37,575 nt of DNA from a virus (Duplodnaviria > Caudoviricetes). A model generated the notes under the pieces. The model made no database searches. It was given only the letters and a program-made list of their open reading frames with translations, and was not told the DNA's origin. Positions within the stretch are counted from its first letter, which is position 1; every line of letters starts with the position of its first letter. Shown piece by piece: positions 1 through 9,277 of this stretch. The DNA lies in IMG/VR virus record IMGVR_UViG_3300017780_004173, positions 1-37,575 of that record; one strand, given 5' to 3'. A program made the translations under genes and the position numbers.

Positions 1-61
1 CACTGTAGCTGTTAGTGTTTGTGCATCGGGAAACGCTCCCGTAGCGCAGCCTTCTCGTTTG

Positions 62-117
62 AGAGGGGCTTGGTGGAAAGTAGGTGGTAGCTCCCGCTCT
101 TCAACAAGCACCCCTCG
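62..117 (-). promoter_or_regulatory. Imperfect hairpin downstream of the 130 aa gene, probable leader of the next head gene
   Basis: GAGGGGCTTGGTGGAA...TTCAACAAGCACCCCTC imperfect inverted repeat in an intergenic stretch. Confidence 0.4.
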
Positions 118-122
118 CACAA

Positions 123-515
123 TCAGGCCCCTATCTTCTTAATCTTGTCGTCCACAACTCTTGTTAGATAGCCCAAGAGCTGTGCTGCCCGTATGTCATT
201 CCCATCTTTCCCATCCTCCATCAAAGACTTTATGGCAACCCACTTAAGCTCTGATTTTAGAATGTTCCATAAGAATGAGGTTGATAATTCTCGTGCCTGG
301 CCTTTTAGAAGCTCTACTGCTTCAGGAGTGAGAGGTTTCCCCCTGTGCTCCCAGCCATTTGGCGTTATCTTGAGAATGTCATCCTCACTTATGGTGTTAA
401 AGACCTTTTTGACTGCTCCTGAAAGTATCTTACCCTTTTCTTCCTCTGGGATAGTTGTGCATAACGAATCAATATCCGTATACCCTCCCAGAAGTTTGAT
501 AAGGTACTTCCTCAT
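123..515 (-). CDS. Hypothetical protein, head module
   Basis: 130 aa ORF, start overlaps the stop of the upstream gene, downstream of portal. Confidence 0.8.
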   Translation of the reverse strand: MRKYLIKLLGGYTDIDSLCTTIPEEEKGKILSGAVKKVFNTISEDDILKITPNGWEHRGKPLTPEAVELLKGQARELSTSFLWNILKSELKWVAIKSLMEDGKDGNDIRAAQLLGYLTRVVDDKIKKIGA

Positions 516-922
516 TACTCAGTGTCTCCACGCTTTGCCTTGGCGCGTGCTTTCTTTTCCTTAAACTCCGTCTCTTTCTTTGAACGAGCTACTTCAAGAG
601 TCTGGATTGCCTTACCAAGCTCTGCGGGGTCTGCTACCTCCACTACGTCGCCGCCAATGTTATACAAGAATGTAACTTCTGGTACTTCACGCGGAGCCTT
701 TGCCTTGAAATCCCAGAACGAACCTGTCTTGATACGAGTACCGTCCTTAGTGACAAGCCCTCCAAGACGGTCATAACGAGCAAGTACGAGTGCAGGGTCT
801 GCATCCTCGCCTACTCCACCGACAAGCCCTGTACGTTGCATATCACCAAGCACTACGCGCTCTAGTTTGTCTGCGTTCTCTAGCACGTATCCGTCAATGA
901 CATCAAACTTATCTGTGTCCAT
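515..922 (-). CDS. Hypothetical protein, head module
   Basis: 135 aa ORF directly after portal, basic C-terminus. Confidence 0.8.
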   Translation of the reverse strand: MDTDKFDVIDGYVLENADKLERVVLGDMQRTGLVGGVGEDADPALVLARYDRLGGLVTKDGTRIKTGSFWDFKAKAPREVPEVTFLYNIGGDVVEVADPAELGKAIQTLEVARSKKETEFKEKKARAKAKRGDTE

Positions 923-947
923 ATTGCTATTGTTTTAATTACTGTTG

Positions 948-2903
948 TTATTGTACCCCTGGCACCTGCGGGGCAACGGGGGATAACTGTTGCTGTGCAG
1001 GGTTCTGCCCCGTAATAGGTACACTTGGTGTGATTCCCTGCTGAAGTGCGAGCATCGTGTCTTTCTTCACGAACTTATCTCCCCGTCCATGGAAGTAACT
1101 GTACATCAATTCTCGAAGCATAACTTCATGGTCTACGAGTGGGTCTTGTTGTGTCTGCATATAGAGTCCCGTGAGAAGTGCTTGCATGGCCACGTCATCG
1201 CGGGGGAATAGCTCCTTATAGTCTGCACGGGATAGGTACTTCATCTTCTTGAATAGCTCAGGGTTAGCCACGTAGATGTCCTTCTCACTATCGGGGTATC
1301 CTGCTTCCTCCAATAGCTTGAGGTTCTCGCTATCCTTTTCCTCTGTGGTCATCTCCTTACCCATAAGACCCTCATCAAAGCGTAGTATCTTAGCGTTGCG
1401 CTTACCACCCTGTATCTTCTCAGGAAGAATAAACTTACGGTACTTGAGTTTTGTTGTGTCGCCCACCAATTCCTCTACCTCTGCAACGGTGAGGTGGTTG
1501 ATAGCAATATCAGCCATAAGTAGGCCGTACTTTGATACGGATGATGCTAGTCCCTTACCGACACCTGCATATATCTTGCGTGAGTTTGCTTGGGCCTGGG
1601 CAACGGTAAATGCTTTCTGTGAAGCAGGAGGGAGCTGGCCCATGGCTGTTTCACTGATAGAGCTTTCACTAAGTGATTCATCAGTCTTATCAAGAGCCGT
1701 AAACAGGGTGCCGAGCTGTGAAGCAGGGAGTAGTGGTGTGACCTTAGTGTCCTTGTCTGCAAACGAAATGACTGCATTAGGGAACATAATCTCAGTATCA
1801 ATCTTATCCGCACCAGACACTGCAACGGGCATTTCAGCCTCCAGAATAGCTCTGTTCATACCTATTTCACTCATTGCATCATACAAGCGGTTGTCCCACT
1901 GCATCGTGTTCATCATGCTCTTGTAGAAGATGAAGTGTGAGCCAATAGGGTAGTACCCGAACTGCTGAATGTTGTAGCGCGGAGCACCAAAGTTATCACG
2001 GTGCTTCATCGGATTGTTCTCTACGTTTGTGTCTCCCATGTAGATACCACCAATGAAACATACCTCAGTGTCTCCACGGCGATACGAGCCGGTGAACTCT
2101 TCCACTAGATTAGGGTGGTCTTCGTCTTTAATCTCATAAAACAGATTGTCTTCTGCATTAAATACTGCACTAAAACCTTTCTTTACATAGTCCCAGTTCT
2201 CGTGCTCGCCATACTTTGCCTTAGCTTCATCATATTCAATCCATCTGCGCTTGCCATTGAAACGATGCTTCTGTAGGTTGCGCTCAAAGGCATTAGAGAT
2301 AAGTACTTGGTCTGCTGTGTAGATAGGAGCTTTGAAGCCTGAAAGCACCTCGTCTAGTATCTCTTTCTTTGTGTATCGACCGTCCTCACCTTTAATCTTT
2401 ATGTCCTGCATCACCTTCTGGTATTCAGCTCCTAGGTACACGATAGGGTCTGATTCCATTGCAAACACAAGCGATAGAAAGTTCTCTTTGTAGTTAGAGT
2501 TCTCATCTCCTGCCATCCACTCAACAATGTCAGACATGAACTCACTGAACTCCCTGTCTTGCTCTCCGTCCTCATTCTGCGCCTCAAAGCTAGGGATTAG
2601 GTACGCTGCGGTTAGGTTAGCGTGCATGCCAATGGCCTTGTTGCGGGCCTTAGAGCGTGTACCTCGCCACTTCCACGCTGTAGCAGGGTCTTCGTATCCC
2701 TCATTCACGTAGGAGTTAATCATTCTCCGCCCACGGTTCATGTCCTCAATGACCGAGTTATCGTTTAATTCAGTCCAGGACTTTGTAAGGATATTGTGAC
2801 CATGTGTATAGTCTTTCTGCACCATATTTTGAAACGCAGCCACTTCCTTAGAAGGGCGATAGGTAGATACTGGAGAGTCTTTCTCTAGTAGGTCGGTAAT
2901 CAT
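948..2903 (-). CDS. Portal protein (P22-like)
   Basis: 651 aa, immediately downstream of large terminase, Q/P-rich C-terminal tail as in podovirus portals. Confidence 0.8.
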   Translation of the reverse strand: MITDLLEKDSPVSTYRPSKEVAAFQNMVQKDYTHGHNILTKSWTELNDNSVIEDMNRGRRMINSYVNEGYEDPATAWKWRGTRSKARNKAIGMHANLTAAYLIPSFEAQNEDGEQDREFSEFMSDIVEWMAGDENSNYKENFLSLVFAMESDPIVYLGAEYQKVMQDIKIKGEDGRYTKKEILDEVLSGFKAPIYTADQVLISNAFERNLQKHRFNGKRRWIEYDEAKAKYGEHENWDYVKKGFSAVFNAEDNLFYEIKDEDHPNLVEEFTGSYRRGDTEVCFIGGIYMGDTNVENNPMKHRDNFGAPRYNIQQFGYYPIGSHFIFYKSMMNTMQWDNRLYDAMSEIGMNRAILEAEMPVAVSGADKIDTEIMFPNAVISFADKDTKVTPLLPASQLGTLFTALDKTDESLSESSISETAMGQLPPASQKAFTVAQAQANSRKIYAGVGKGLASSVSKYGLLMADIAINHLTVAEVEELVGDTTKLKYRKFILPEKIQGGKRNAKILRFDEGLMGKEMTTEEKDSENLKLLEEAGYPDSEKDIYVANPELFKKMKYLSRADYKELFPRDDVAMQALLTGLYMQTQQDPLVDHEVMLRELMYSYFHGRGDKFVKKDTMLALQQGITPSVPITGQNPAQQQLSPVAPQVPGVQ

Positions 2904-2949
2904 ACGAGGAGTATAGCAATTAGAATGTCAATAGTCATAGGGGTATAAC
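2904..2949 (-). promoter_or_regulatory. Sigma70-type promoter, leaderless portal mRNA
   Basis: GTTATACCCC box, ATGACT, 17 nt, TGc-TATACT (2910-2915), 6 nt, ATG. Confidence 0.55.
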
Positions 2950-2950
2950 T

Positions 2951-4213
2951 TTATCTGCGAAAGCCAGAGTGGGCTGGTTTGTATATGGATACTCGCGCTG
3001 CTATCGGCTTCTTGAGTGAGTCTACTGCATACCGAATACCATCCATATGGTGATTCCATAGGTCTATAGGCACATTGATTGTAGTTCCCTCCTTGTCTTC
3101 TTTCCATGCGTAGTTATCAGATTCCTTGAGAATATTCAAGCTACGTCTGGTGACACTGATTTGCTGGTCTTGCACGAGCTGTATACCTGCGTTGATACTT
3201 CCTTGTCCTTTCTCGGCTGGTAGTATGGTCACTCCGTAGCTCTTAATCTCGTCAATACTCTTAGGCTCTGCACTATCAGCAATAGTAAGGGCGTTGTCTA
3301 GGTTGAGTAGAATGTCAGCTATCTGCTTGTTGCTTAGACCTTTTTGGTACACCTGCTCATCAAGGATAAGTCCACCATTGTATTCATACACGTCCCCAAT
3401 GGCTGTGGGGTCGTTTGTGTAACCAAAGTCTAGCCAATGGCGCACAAGGCGTGCCTCGTGTGGTATCTCGTCAATGACTTTCCAGTTGTTATATATCTTG
3501 CCTCGTACCACTTCAGGTATGAGTCCAGCAATCATATTCCAGTAGTGGGCTGGTTTAGTCTTACGATACTCTTTGTAGTTCTTAATACTGGCTTCAGACA
3601 TGTTCTGAATGTTATCCAGGAAGCTAGTGTGAATAAACAGTGTATCTGTTATGTCTTTCTTGAGCTTTGGTACGTAAAACCCTTTCTGTTCGCTATCCTC
3701 AAGGTCAAACCATCGCTGCACTATCCAGTGGGACTTTGGTGGTGGGTTGAGTAGTAGAATGATAAGAATATCCCCCTTGATAGTACGCAGTGAGTCGTCT
3801 AGTTGGAGGAAGTCCGCCTCTGGTATTTCGTCAGCCTCCTCAATAATCACGCAGTTATAGTTGGCAAGGGATTTGAGCTTACTCTTCTGGTCACTTGATG
3901 ATTTGCGGAAGCCCACAGCGTTAATAGAGTTAGCACCATACTCTATAGTCATGGTGCTGTCGTTTATATCTAACGACTCCAATACTTCATTCTCTTCAGC
4001 GCGGTCAGTGATTTCCCTATAGATAGAGTTGCGTATATCACCAAGTACATAACGCATAGTTGCGCAGCGAAAGTACTCAGGGGCCACGAGCTTAGCGTTA
4101 GCAAACTGTGAGGCCACGGTAGAACGACCAGCACCACGTCCACCCATGAGAATCGCATAGCGTGGGCGTTGCGTGAATAAAGGCTTGTATACCTTATTGA
4201 CTGTCTGCTTCAT
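2951..4213 (-). CDS. terL: Terminase large subunit (PBSX-type)
   Basis: Walker A-like GGRGAGRS, Walker B VIIEEA, LLNPP coupling motif, nuclease LDFGYTNDPTA, ADSAEPKSI, NHHMDGIRYA. Confidence 0.97.
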   Translation of the reverse strand: MKQTVNKVYKPLFTQRPRYAILMGGRGAGRSTVASQFANAKLVAPEYFRCATMRYVLGDIRNSIYREITDRAEENEVLESLDINDSTMTIEYGANSINAVGFRKSSSDQKSKLKSLANYNCVIIEEADEIPEADFLQLDDSLRTIKGDILIILLLNPPPKSHWIVQRWFDLEDSEQKGFYVPKLKKDITDTLFIHTSFLDNIQNMSEASIKNYKEYRKTKPAHYWNMIAGLIPEVVRGKIYNNWKVIDEIPHEARLVRHWLDFGYTNDPTAIGDVYEYNGGLILDEQVYQKGLSNKQIADILLNLDNALTIADSAEPKSIDEIKSYGVTILPAEKGQGSINAGIQLVQDQQISVTRRSLNILKESDNYAWKEDKEGTTINVPIDLWNHHMDGIRYAVDSLKKPIAARVSIYKPAHSGFRR

Positions 4214-4673
4214 TAGAGAAGTCGGTAAAGATTATTGCATTGCTTTCTATCTTCTCACCGCCACTGGTTACGTCCATCTTGTCTCCATACTTCTTAGGCT
4301 TCATCTTGGACATAAGCCATTTGCGGGTATCTACGCGAAGGCGTGAGCGTTGTATAGATTCGTTGTTTAGCTTCACGAAAGTAGAGCCATCAGTCCTTTC
4401 TTGTTCCTCCCAATCATTAGTACCATCATCTGCAATGTCTAACAGTTCTTCCCTTTGGTATTCAGTCCTCTCCTCACAAGCTTTCTCGTATTGCTTTGTA
4501 AACCCTTCGTCTTCTCTCAACCATTTGAACACAGTTGATATAGAAGGCAAGTCTTTACTAAGGCAAGCTGAACGTAGAGAGCTACCTAGACTTATTGCCT
4601 CACAGACTTTATCTGCTAATTCCTGTGTGTATATACTTGGCCTTCCGCCCTTATCTTTAGGTTCCTTTTCCAT
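4194..4673 (-). CDS. terS: Terminase small subunit (Sf6 gp1-like)
   Basis: GRPSIYTQELADKVC HTH start, RSRLRVDTRKWLMSKMKPKKYGDK motif, overlaps terL start. Confidence 0.95.
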   Translation of the reverse strand: MEKEPKDKGGRPSIYTQELADKVCEAISLGSSLRSACLSKDLPSISTVFKWLREDEGFTKQYEKACEERTEYQREELLDIADDGTNDWEEQERTDGSTFVKLNNESIQRSRLRVDTRKWLMSKMKPKKYGDKMDVTSGGEKIESNAIIFTDFSNEADSQ

Positions 4674-4782
4674 TTCTCATTGCATTCCTCATACCAATCA
4701 ACTGAAGAATCATAGCTTTGTCTATGTGAGTTCTCTTAGCTACTTTTCGTCTGTGTTCTTTTGTTGGTCTGTTTGCTTTCAT
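4657..4782 (-). CDS. Small basic hypothetical protein (41 aa, MKANRPTKEHRRK...)
   Basis: Translated by hand; fills the gap upstream of terS, but overlaps both neighbours. Confidence 0.4.
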   Translation of the reverse strand: MKANRPTKEHRRKVAKRTHIDKAMILQLIGMRNAMRNGKGT

Positions 4783-4888
4783 GTATTCGTTTGGGGAGTC
4801 CTTTGATTGTTGATTCTTTTGCCCATTTCTCTGCTAGGAGGGGATTGTGTTTGAACAGGTGTCGTACTTGGGCTAAGGATTTGAACAT
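4736..4888 (-). CDS. Small phage protein (50 aa, MFKSLAQVRHLFKHNPLLAEKWAKE...)
   Basis: Translated by hand; TAATG coupling to the upstream gene; resembles the FKSxAQ-start small proteins often found near terminase genes. Confidence 0.7.
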   Translation of the reverse strand: MFKSLAQVRHLFKHNPLLAEKWAKESTIKGLPKRIHESKQTNKRTQTKSS

Positions 4889-5076
4889 TACTTCTTGAAG
4901 AAGTTTCTTAGCTTATCGAAGCTCTCGCCTACCGTGAGGCTTTTGTATTCTCCTGTTCCTGCTGAGGTTGGTAGGTTACGAATCTTATTCTTTAAGCCCT
5001 GTAGACCGCCTGAAGACAGTTCTGGTCGCCCCATTGCTTTGTACATTGCGTCTTTTGAAGCTCGTGAGTTGGCCAT
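4888..5076 (-). CDS. Hypothetical protein (62 aa)
   Basis: Tightly packed ORF in operon. Confidence 0.65.
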   Translation of the reverse strand: MANSRASKDAMYKAMGRPELSSGGLQGLKNKIRNLPTSAGTGEYKSLTVGESFDKLRNFFKK

Positions 5077-5079
5077 AGA

Positions 5080-5319
5080 TTAGTTTCCAAAGGTCTTAAT
5101 CCTCCAAATGTTCATAATAATTTCACGAGCAGAAGGGATTGCCCATAGACGTGCAAGAAGTTCATCGGGTACATAGAGTCCTGAAGCGATGATGAAAGCG
5201 CGAGGGGTCATACTGCCAGACGAATGGCGAACTTCTGGTGTTGTAGTTCCCATGTCTGCACTAACTACAAACGGTAGAACAAGAATACCTGCAAGAAGTA
5301 ACGTGTATATTGTTTTCAT
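5080..5319 (-). CDS. Small exported protein with signal peptide
   Basis: MKTIYTLLLAGILVLPFVVSA-D signal peptide pattern; own promoter upstream. Confidence 0.75.
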   Translation of the reverse strand: MKTIYTLLLAGILVLPFVVSADMGTTTPEVRHSSGSMTPRAFIIASGLYVPDELLARLWAIPSAREIIMNIWRIKTFGN

Positions 5320-5363
5320 AAGATGAAGTATACTACTTTGATTATTTTGTCCAGTGGGGGATA
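5320..5363 (-). promoter_or_regulatory. Promoter of the packaging operon, leaderless
   Basis: TATCCCCCAC box, TGGACA, 15 nt, TATACT (5327-5332), 7 nt, ATG. Confidence 0.5.
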
Positions 5364-7034
5364 TTACCCTTGGTCTAGGAGCACGCGTTCATCCTGAGTG
5401 AGCCCGCCCATAGCATCTTTCTCTGCTTCTTCCTCGCTAGCGGTCATAATACCTTCCTTCTTACTCCATGCTTTTACGAAGCTATTGATTGCTTGAGCAA
5501 TGGCAAGCTGTCCTTCACCAAGTTCCATTTCAGGTTCCTCTACTACCAATGTCTTTACAGTGATGAGAGAGGACACTACTGAGGTTGCGTGCTCCACTGC
5601 ATAGTACACCGCATCCGTAGGGTCTATTACGTCCTTTCCAATCTTTAGAGCGCCGCCCGAATTATCCTGAATCTGCTTGTGTGGAGCCAAGAGTGCGTTC
5701 TTTAGAATATGAGTATCTGGTAGGGTGTCTGCGATTTCTTTGAGACAAAGTCCTCCGCCCTTCACATACCCACTCTTGAGTGCTGACTTACAGGCGTATA
5801 CACAGTCTTCAATCTTTAATTTAAGTGGGAGTGACTCTGCATCTGTCGGACTCCCTACACGGATTACTCCACCACCTGCGGATAGTGAGGCAATACGACG
5901 CTCTAGGAGCTTCTTGAACTGTGGCTCCTTTGCTTCTTTGAGCTGTCCTTGAAGGACTTTGATTCTGTCCTTTACGGCAGTTGATTTCTCCCCCTTTCCA
6001 CCAAGAGCTACCACGTCCTCACGAGTTTCTACGTCCTTTACAATTATTTTGTCTACGAATCCTACTTCTGTTCCAGTGATTCCCTCTAACTTATGTCCTT
6101 TGTCTTTATCTACGAGAGATGCACCAAAGAATACGGCGAGGTCTTCCATCTGCTCTGTGCGTAGTGATGGTGCCTTGATAGGCCATACAAATGTGGCGTT
6201 TTCGCGTCCAAGCACCATGCTTATGAGCACTTGTTCCGAGAAGTCAGGAGCAATAATAGTGAGTTTAGAGGAGCCAAACTTAGCTACGAGGTAGCGGACG
6301 AGCGCATCATTATCTAGTTTGTAGTTGGTTATGAATACAGGACAATCTTCAATGACCATTTCGTGGCGTTCTGGCTTGTTCACAAATGCTTTGCCACACG
6401 TCTTAGCAGGGAAGCGCATACCCTTAATAAGTTCTGTTTCTACTTCTCCGTTGTATCCCTCTACTACGTCAATGAAACCTTCTACGCCCACTTCATAGGC
6501 CATGTGAGCTATTTTCTTTGAAGTATCGTTATCCTCTCCGAGAGAGATTGCTGAAATCTTCTCCAGGTCTTCAAGAGTCTTTACGGGCTTGGATGCTGTG
6601 CGAATCTTGTCCTTGATGTCTTTTGCGGACTCTAGGATTTCACGACGCATCTCCATAAATCCTTTCTTTTTGGTGTCTCCTGCTGAGTAGCCTTGTGTAC
6701 GGGCTTGGGACTTGGCGTATATGTCATTGAATAGGACTCCTGCAATGATTGTGGTGCCTGTGGTTCCATCCCCCACCTTTTCGTTAGTTTTCTTAGTACC
6801 TTCTTTGAAAAACTCAGCAACGAGCTTTACGAACGGGTTCTTGGGAGTAATTACTTCAGCCGTGTAGTACCCATCATCTACGCAGCGTGGGCCACGGCCA
6901 TAGGAGCGATACATAAGCGTGGTTCCTGCTTCTGGGCCAAATGTGCGACGGACAGGTTCGTAAATAGCATCTACACCCTTCTTGGCGTACGCGAGAGCTT
7001 TGGCATCTAATGCTACGAGTGTTGATTTGGCCAT
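5364..7034 (-). CDS. groL: Phage-encoded group I chaperonin (GroEL-like)
   Basis: 556 aa; TFGP, DDGY, VGDGTTGTTI ATP motif, LERRIASLSAGGGVIRVG, KIEDCVYACKSA, GYVKGGG, VIDPT. Confidence 0.95.
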   Translation of the reverse strand: MAKSTLVALDAKALAYAKKGVDAIYEPVRRTFGPEAGTTLMYRSYGRGPRCVDDGYYTAEVITPKNPFVKLVAEFFKEGTKKTNEKVGDGTTGTTIIAGVLFNDIYAKSQARTQGYSAGDTKKKGFMEMRREILESAKDIKDKIRTASKPVKTLEDLEKISAISLGEDNDTSKKIAHMAYEVGVEGFIDVVEGYNGEVETELIKGMRFPAKTCGKAFVNKPERHEMVIEDCPVFITNYKLDNDALVRYLVAKFGSSKLTIIAPDFSEQVLISMVLGRENATFVWPIKAPSLRTEQMEDLAVFFGASLVDKDKGHKLEGITGTEVGFVDKIIVKDVETREDVVALGGKGEKSTAVKDRIKVLQGQLKEAKEPQFKKLLERRIASLSAGGGVIRVGSPTDAESLPLKLKIEDCVYACKSALKSGYVKGGGLCLKEIADTLPDTHILKNALLAPHKQIQDNSGGALKIGKDVIDPTDAVYYAVEHATSVVSSLITVKTLVVEEPEMELGEGQLAIAQAINSFVKAWSKKEGIMTASEEEAEKDAMGGLTQDERVLLDQG

Positions 7035-7035
7035 A

Positions 7036-7296
7036 CTATTTGGTTTTCTTAGACTTTTTCAAGGGCGCACCGTCAAGACTTGATTCAAATATTTCCCCGC
7101 GATTTGGCTTATCTACGGGAGATGGTGCGGTGTAATCTGAGGCAACACAATGTATTCCGTGGATGTTGCTAGTATGGTCTAGGTTTAAGCGAGCAAGTTC
7201 CTCGATAGTTCCTGTGATTGCTGTTAGTCCCTCTGTGCTCTGTACTGTGTTTTCTAAATCCTCTCGTGTTGCAAAGTCTTTTACGTTTAGTTCCAT
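7036..7296 (-). CDS. Hypothetical protein (MELNVKDF...), not GroES-like
   Basis: Start re-assigned to ATG 7296 behind a structured leader with AGAGGG; stop abuts the groL start. Confidence 0.75.
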   Translation of the reverse strand: MELNVKDFATREDLENTVQSTEGLTAITGTIEELARLNLDHTSNIHGIHCVASDYTAPSPVDKPNRGEIFESSLDGAPLKKSKKTK

Positions 7297-7304
7297 GGTA
7301 GTGA

Positions 7305-7357
7305 CCCTCTGTTCTGCTCGCACTTCATCAGGACGAGCAGAACACAAGGGATGAAGT
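7305..7357 (-). promoter_or_regulatory. Structured 5' leader (switch/pseudoknot), copy 1
   Basis: GTTCTGCTCG/CGAGCAGAAC 10 bp stem; 8 nt of the loop is complementary to the upstream ACTTCATC; same geometry as the copy at 12910-12964. Confidence 0.75.
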
Positions 7358-7372
7358 TAGTAACATTTATAA

Positions 7373-7609
7373 TCATATACTTCTTTTTCGTTCTGCAAGC
7401 TGTTGATTTCTTTTGTATCGTTTGAGGAGGTGTGGGGGAATAGAATATACCCAGACTTTCTTCATAATATACATAGGCTCCATTAAGTCCATTGCTTGCG
7501 GTAAACGGTGTTTGGGACACCTCCACTGCCCATCGTCGTTATAGGCTGTTGGTTCATTTCGCAAACCTATGTCCTCTCCACACTTACTACATACGGGGAA
7601 TAGTGCCAT
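7373..7609 (-). CDS. Small zinc-binding protein
   Basis: CSKC...CPKH, 78 aa. Confidence 0.7.
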   Translation of the reverse strand: MALFPVCSKCGEDIGLRNEPTAYNDDGQWRCPKHRLPQAMDLMEPMYIMKKVWVYSIPPHLLKRYKRNQQLAERKRSI

Positions 7610-7704
7610 TATTGTTTCAGGTTATTACATTCTCCACAGACCCAGCCTTTTGGGTGGCCGTACTTGGGGCCTTTTATTGGTTTCTTACAAAGAGCGCAGG
7701 GCAT
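7609..7704 (-). CDS. Zinc-ribbon microprotein (31 aa, MPCALCKKPIKGPKYGHPKGWVCGECNNLKQ)
   Basis: Translated by hand; CxxC..CxxC; TAATG coupling to the next gene. Confidence 0.7.
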   Translation of the reverse strand: MPCALCKKPIKGPKYGHPKGWVCGECNNLKQ

Positions 7705-7718
7705 TATCGAGAGAATAT

Positions 7719-8024
7719 CTAGGGTTTGTTGAGTGCGAGGTACAAACGGGCTACTGCAATTTCTGGTGTTGCCCCACCCATTGAATAGCCCCAGTCTGGC
7801 GCATTATTTATCTCTTCGTTCCCATCGGCTCTCCATGTTGCAAGTTCACCACTGGAGAAATTCGTGAGCTTTAGGAAGTTGTCCCCACACGCTTCAATAA
7901 GCTCACTGAGGGTTGGTTCCCATAACGGATAATTCACTTCTGTTCCGTCCCACTCAATGCCGTTTCTAATAAAAACGTATCCCGCGTCTCGTAACTCAAC
8001 TGCTAACTCGAAAGGTATGTTCAT
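7719..8024 (-). CDS. Hypothetical phage protein
   Basis: 101 aa; PTLSELIEAC and TPEIAVARLYLAL segments typical of a small phage protein family. Confidence 0.8.
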   Translation of the reverse strand: MNIPFELAVELRDAGYVFIRNGIEWDGTEVNYPLWEPTLSELIEACGDNFLKLTNFSSGELATWRADGNEEINNAPDWGYSMGGATPEIAVARLYLALNKP

Positions 8025-8026
8025 AT

Positions 8027-8143
8027 CTAGGGTTTAGGGGTGGCGTTTATCCATTCCACGATTTCGTTTATCTTTTCAAGAGCTTCAGTTATGACAAAGT
8101 TCTTGTCTTTTTCAATGAGAGCGAGGATGTTAAGTTTCTCCAT
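8027..8143 (-). CDS. Hypothetical protein (38 aa, MEKLNILALIEKDK...)
   Basis: Translated by hand; fills the gap and ends 2 nt before the next ATG. Confidence 0.6.
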   Translation of the reverse strand: MEKLNILALIEKDKNFVITEALEKINEIVEWINATPKP

Positions 8144-8165
8144 AGATAAATGATTTATGTTGGGG

Positions 8166-8381
8166 TTAGATTGCTTTTAGTTCGTAGAACTGGTTATGGA
8201 GCCATATTGCTTGATTTGACGTGAATCCGTTTTCTATCGCCTCTCTCACGAATAAAGTCCCACGACCAAGCTCTTTCCCGTCTACCTCACAACCACAATT
8301 TGCACACCCGCCGAAGAACTTACTTTCCAAGTCAATAACTGCTTCCTTTCCGCAATTGGCACAAGTGTTTTCTTTCTCCAT
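8166..8381 (-). CDS. Small zinc-binding protein
   Basis: CANC..CANC, 71 aa. Confidence 0.7.
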   Translation of the reverse strand: MEKENTCANCGKEAVIDLESKFFGGCANCGCEVDGKELGRGTLFVREAIENGFTSNQAIWLHNQFYELKAI

Positions 8382-8400
8382 AGTATAGGGTCATTAAGGG

Positions 8401-8547
8401 CTAGTGTTTTTCTATAGCAACCCACTCCCAAAAGATGTGTCGTTGCCTGTCTTTGATAGAGTATCCGCGTTTCAGTAGTTCCATTGCTGCCCTCCACTCT
8501 ATTGGGTTTGTAAAGGCTTTCCTTGTGGCGAGTAGTGGTTTCTCCAT
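8401..8547 (-). CDS. Hypothetical protein (48 aa, MEKPLLATRKAF...)
   Basis: Translated by hand; preceded by GAGGA. Confidence 0.6.
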   Translation of the reverse strand: MEKPLLATRKAFTNPIEWRAAMELLKRGYSIKDRQRHIFWEWVAIEKH

Positions 8548-8568
8548 ATCCTCAATGTTAAGTTAGGG

Positions 8569-8802
8569 CTAGGTTATTTCTTTTAAGAGGAATACTGCGA
8601 AATCGTCTGGCGTTCTCGGTGTTGAACGGCACACCCAGTGTTCGCGTTTTGCTTCTAATGCTTGAGGTATTTCTTCGCCTACGAAGGCACGTACTTGGAT
8701 GGGTGAGCGTACAGCGACATAATAATCTGGTGATGGAGGTATCTCGCGCCGTTCCACCTCCATCAACTTCCCTCCAAACTCGGTCATAAAAATGGCTTTC
8801 AT
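8569..8802 (-). CDS. Hypothetical protein (77 aa)
   Basis: First ORF downstream of the RNA array. Confidence 0.7.
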   Translation of the reverse strand: MKAIFMTEFGGKLMEVERREIPPSPDYYVAVRSPIQVRAFVGEEIPQALEAKREHWVCRSTPRTPDDFAVFLLKEIT

Positions 8803-8834
8803 ACTCGTTCGCGGAGAATAAATCTAATAATTTT

Positions 8835-9002
8835 TGTTTACATGCACAGTCTTGGAGGCGAGGATTTGCGGTGGTGGTATTGCGCCACGACGCTAGTTTT
8901 TTACCGTCTAGTCACCTCACATCAGACTTTTGGGGTACTACCCTACCAAGCGGTTATTTATAGTCTACTCTTTCCGCCACTCCAAGACACTACACACAAA
9001 CA
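8835..9002 (-). ncRNA. tRNA-like RNA unit A with interrupted T-loop
   Basis: GTCTTGGAG/CTCCAAGAC closing stem (8849-8988) plus a G-U-rich outer stem; D-arm-like TGGCGGAAAGAGTAGAC; GTGAGG-TGAC...CAAAT-CCTCGC. Confidence 0.7.
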
Positions 9003-9099
9003 GTTCCAGCACTCGGTGTAGCTCACGGGGAGTTAACTGGGTACCACCGAAGTGATACAACAAATCCACGAGCTACACAAAACGCTTGAATACTTCTCT
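9002..9099 (-). ncRNA. Structured RNA unit F
   Basis: GTGTAGCTC/GAGCTACAC stem, internal GTATCAC-TTCG-GTGGTAC hairpin, AGAGAAGTATTCAAGCGTTTT leader. Confidence 0.6.
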
Positions 9100-9113
9100 A
9101 AAACGGCGTACTT

Positions 9114-9146
9114 TACCGGGAATCCTGTTTTTCGCAATTCCCGGTA
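9114..9146. other. Perfect 10 bp hairpin inside the RNA array
   Basis: TACCGGGAAT-13 nt-ATTCCCGGTA. Confidence 0.6.
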
Positions 9147-9150
9147 GAAC

Positions 9151-9277
9151 AGTATTCCAGTGTTCACGTCTATGCTCTTTGACCGATATTTTTGGCAGGG
9201 CTGTTCTCGTAAGAGTAGTAGCCTCGGATTCGGCCTAAGCCCTTTGAGCACAGAAGAAAACACTTGAATACTTCTCT
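9151..9277 (-). ncRNA. Structured RNA unit D
   Basis: AGTATTCAAGTGTT/AACACTGGAATACT and TCTGTGCTC/GAGCATAGA closing stems; same leader as unit F. Confidence 0.6.

Noticed and set aside
1276-1926. Long plus-strand ORFs opposite portal, terS, groEL and tail genes
   Set aside because: Antisense shadows of well-supported genes with Ser-rich, motif-free translations
7036-7347. GroES upstream of groEL, and the longer 103 aa start
   Set aside because: No GroES motifs (PLxDRV, mobile loop); the extension overlaps the structured leader, so ATG 7296 is preferred
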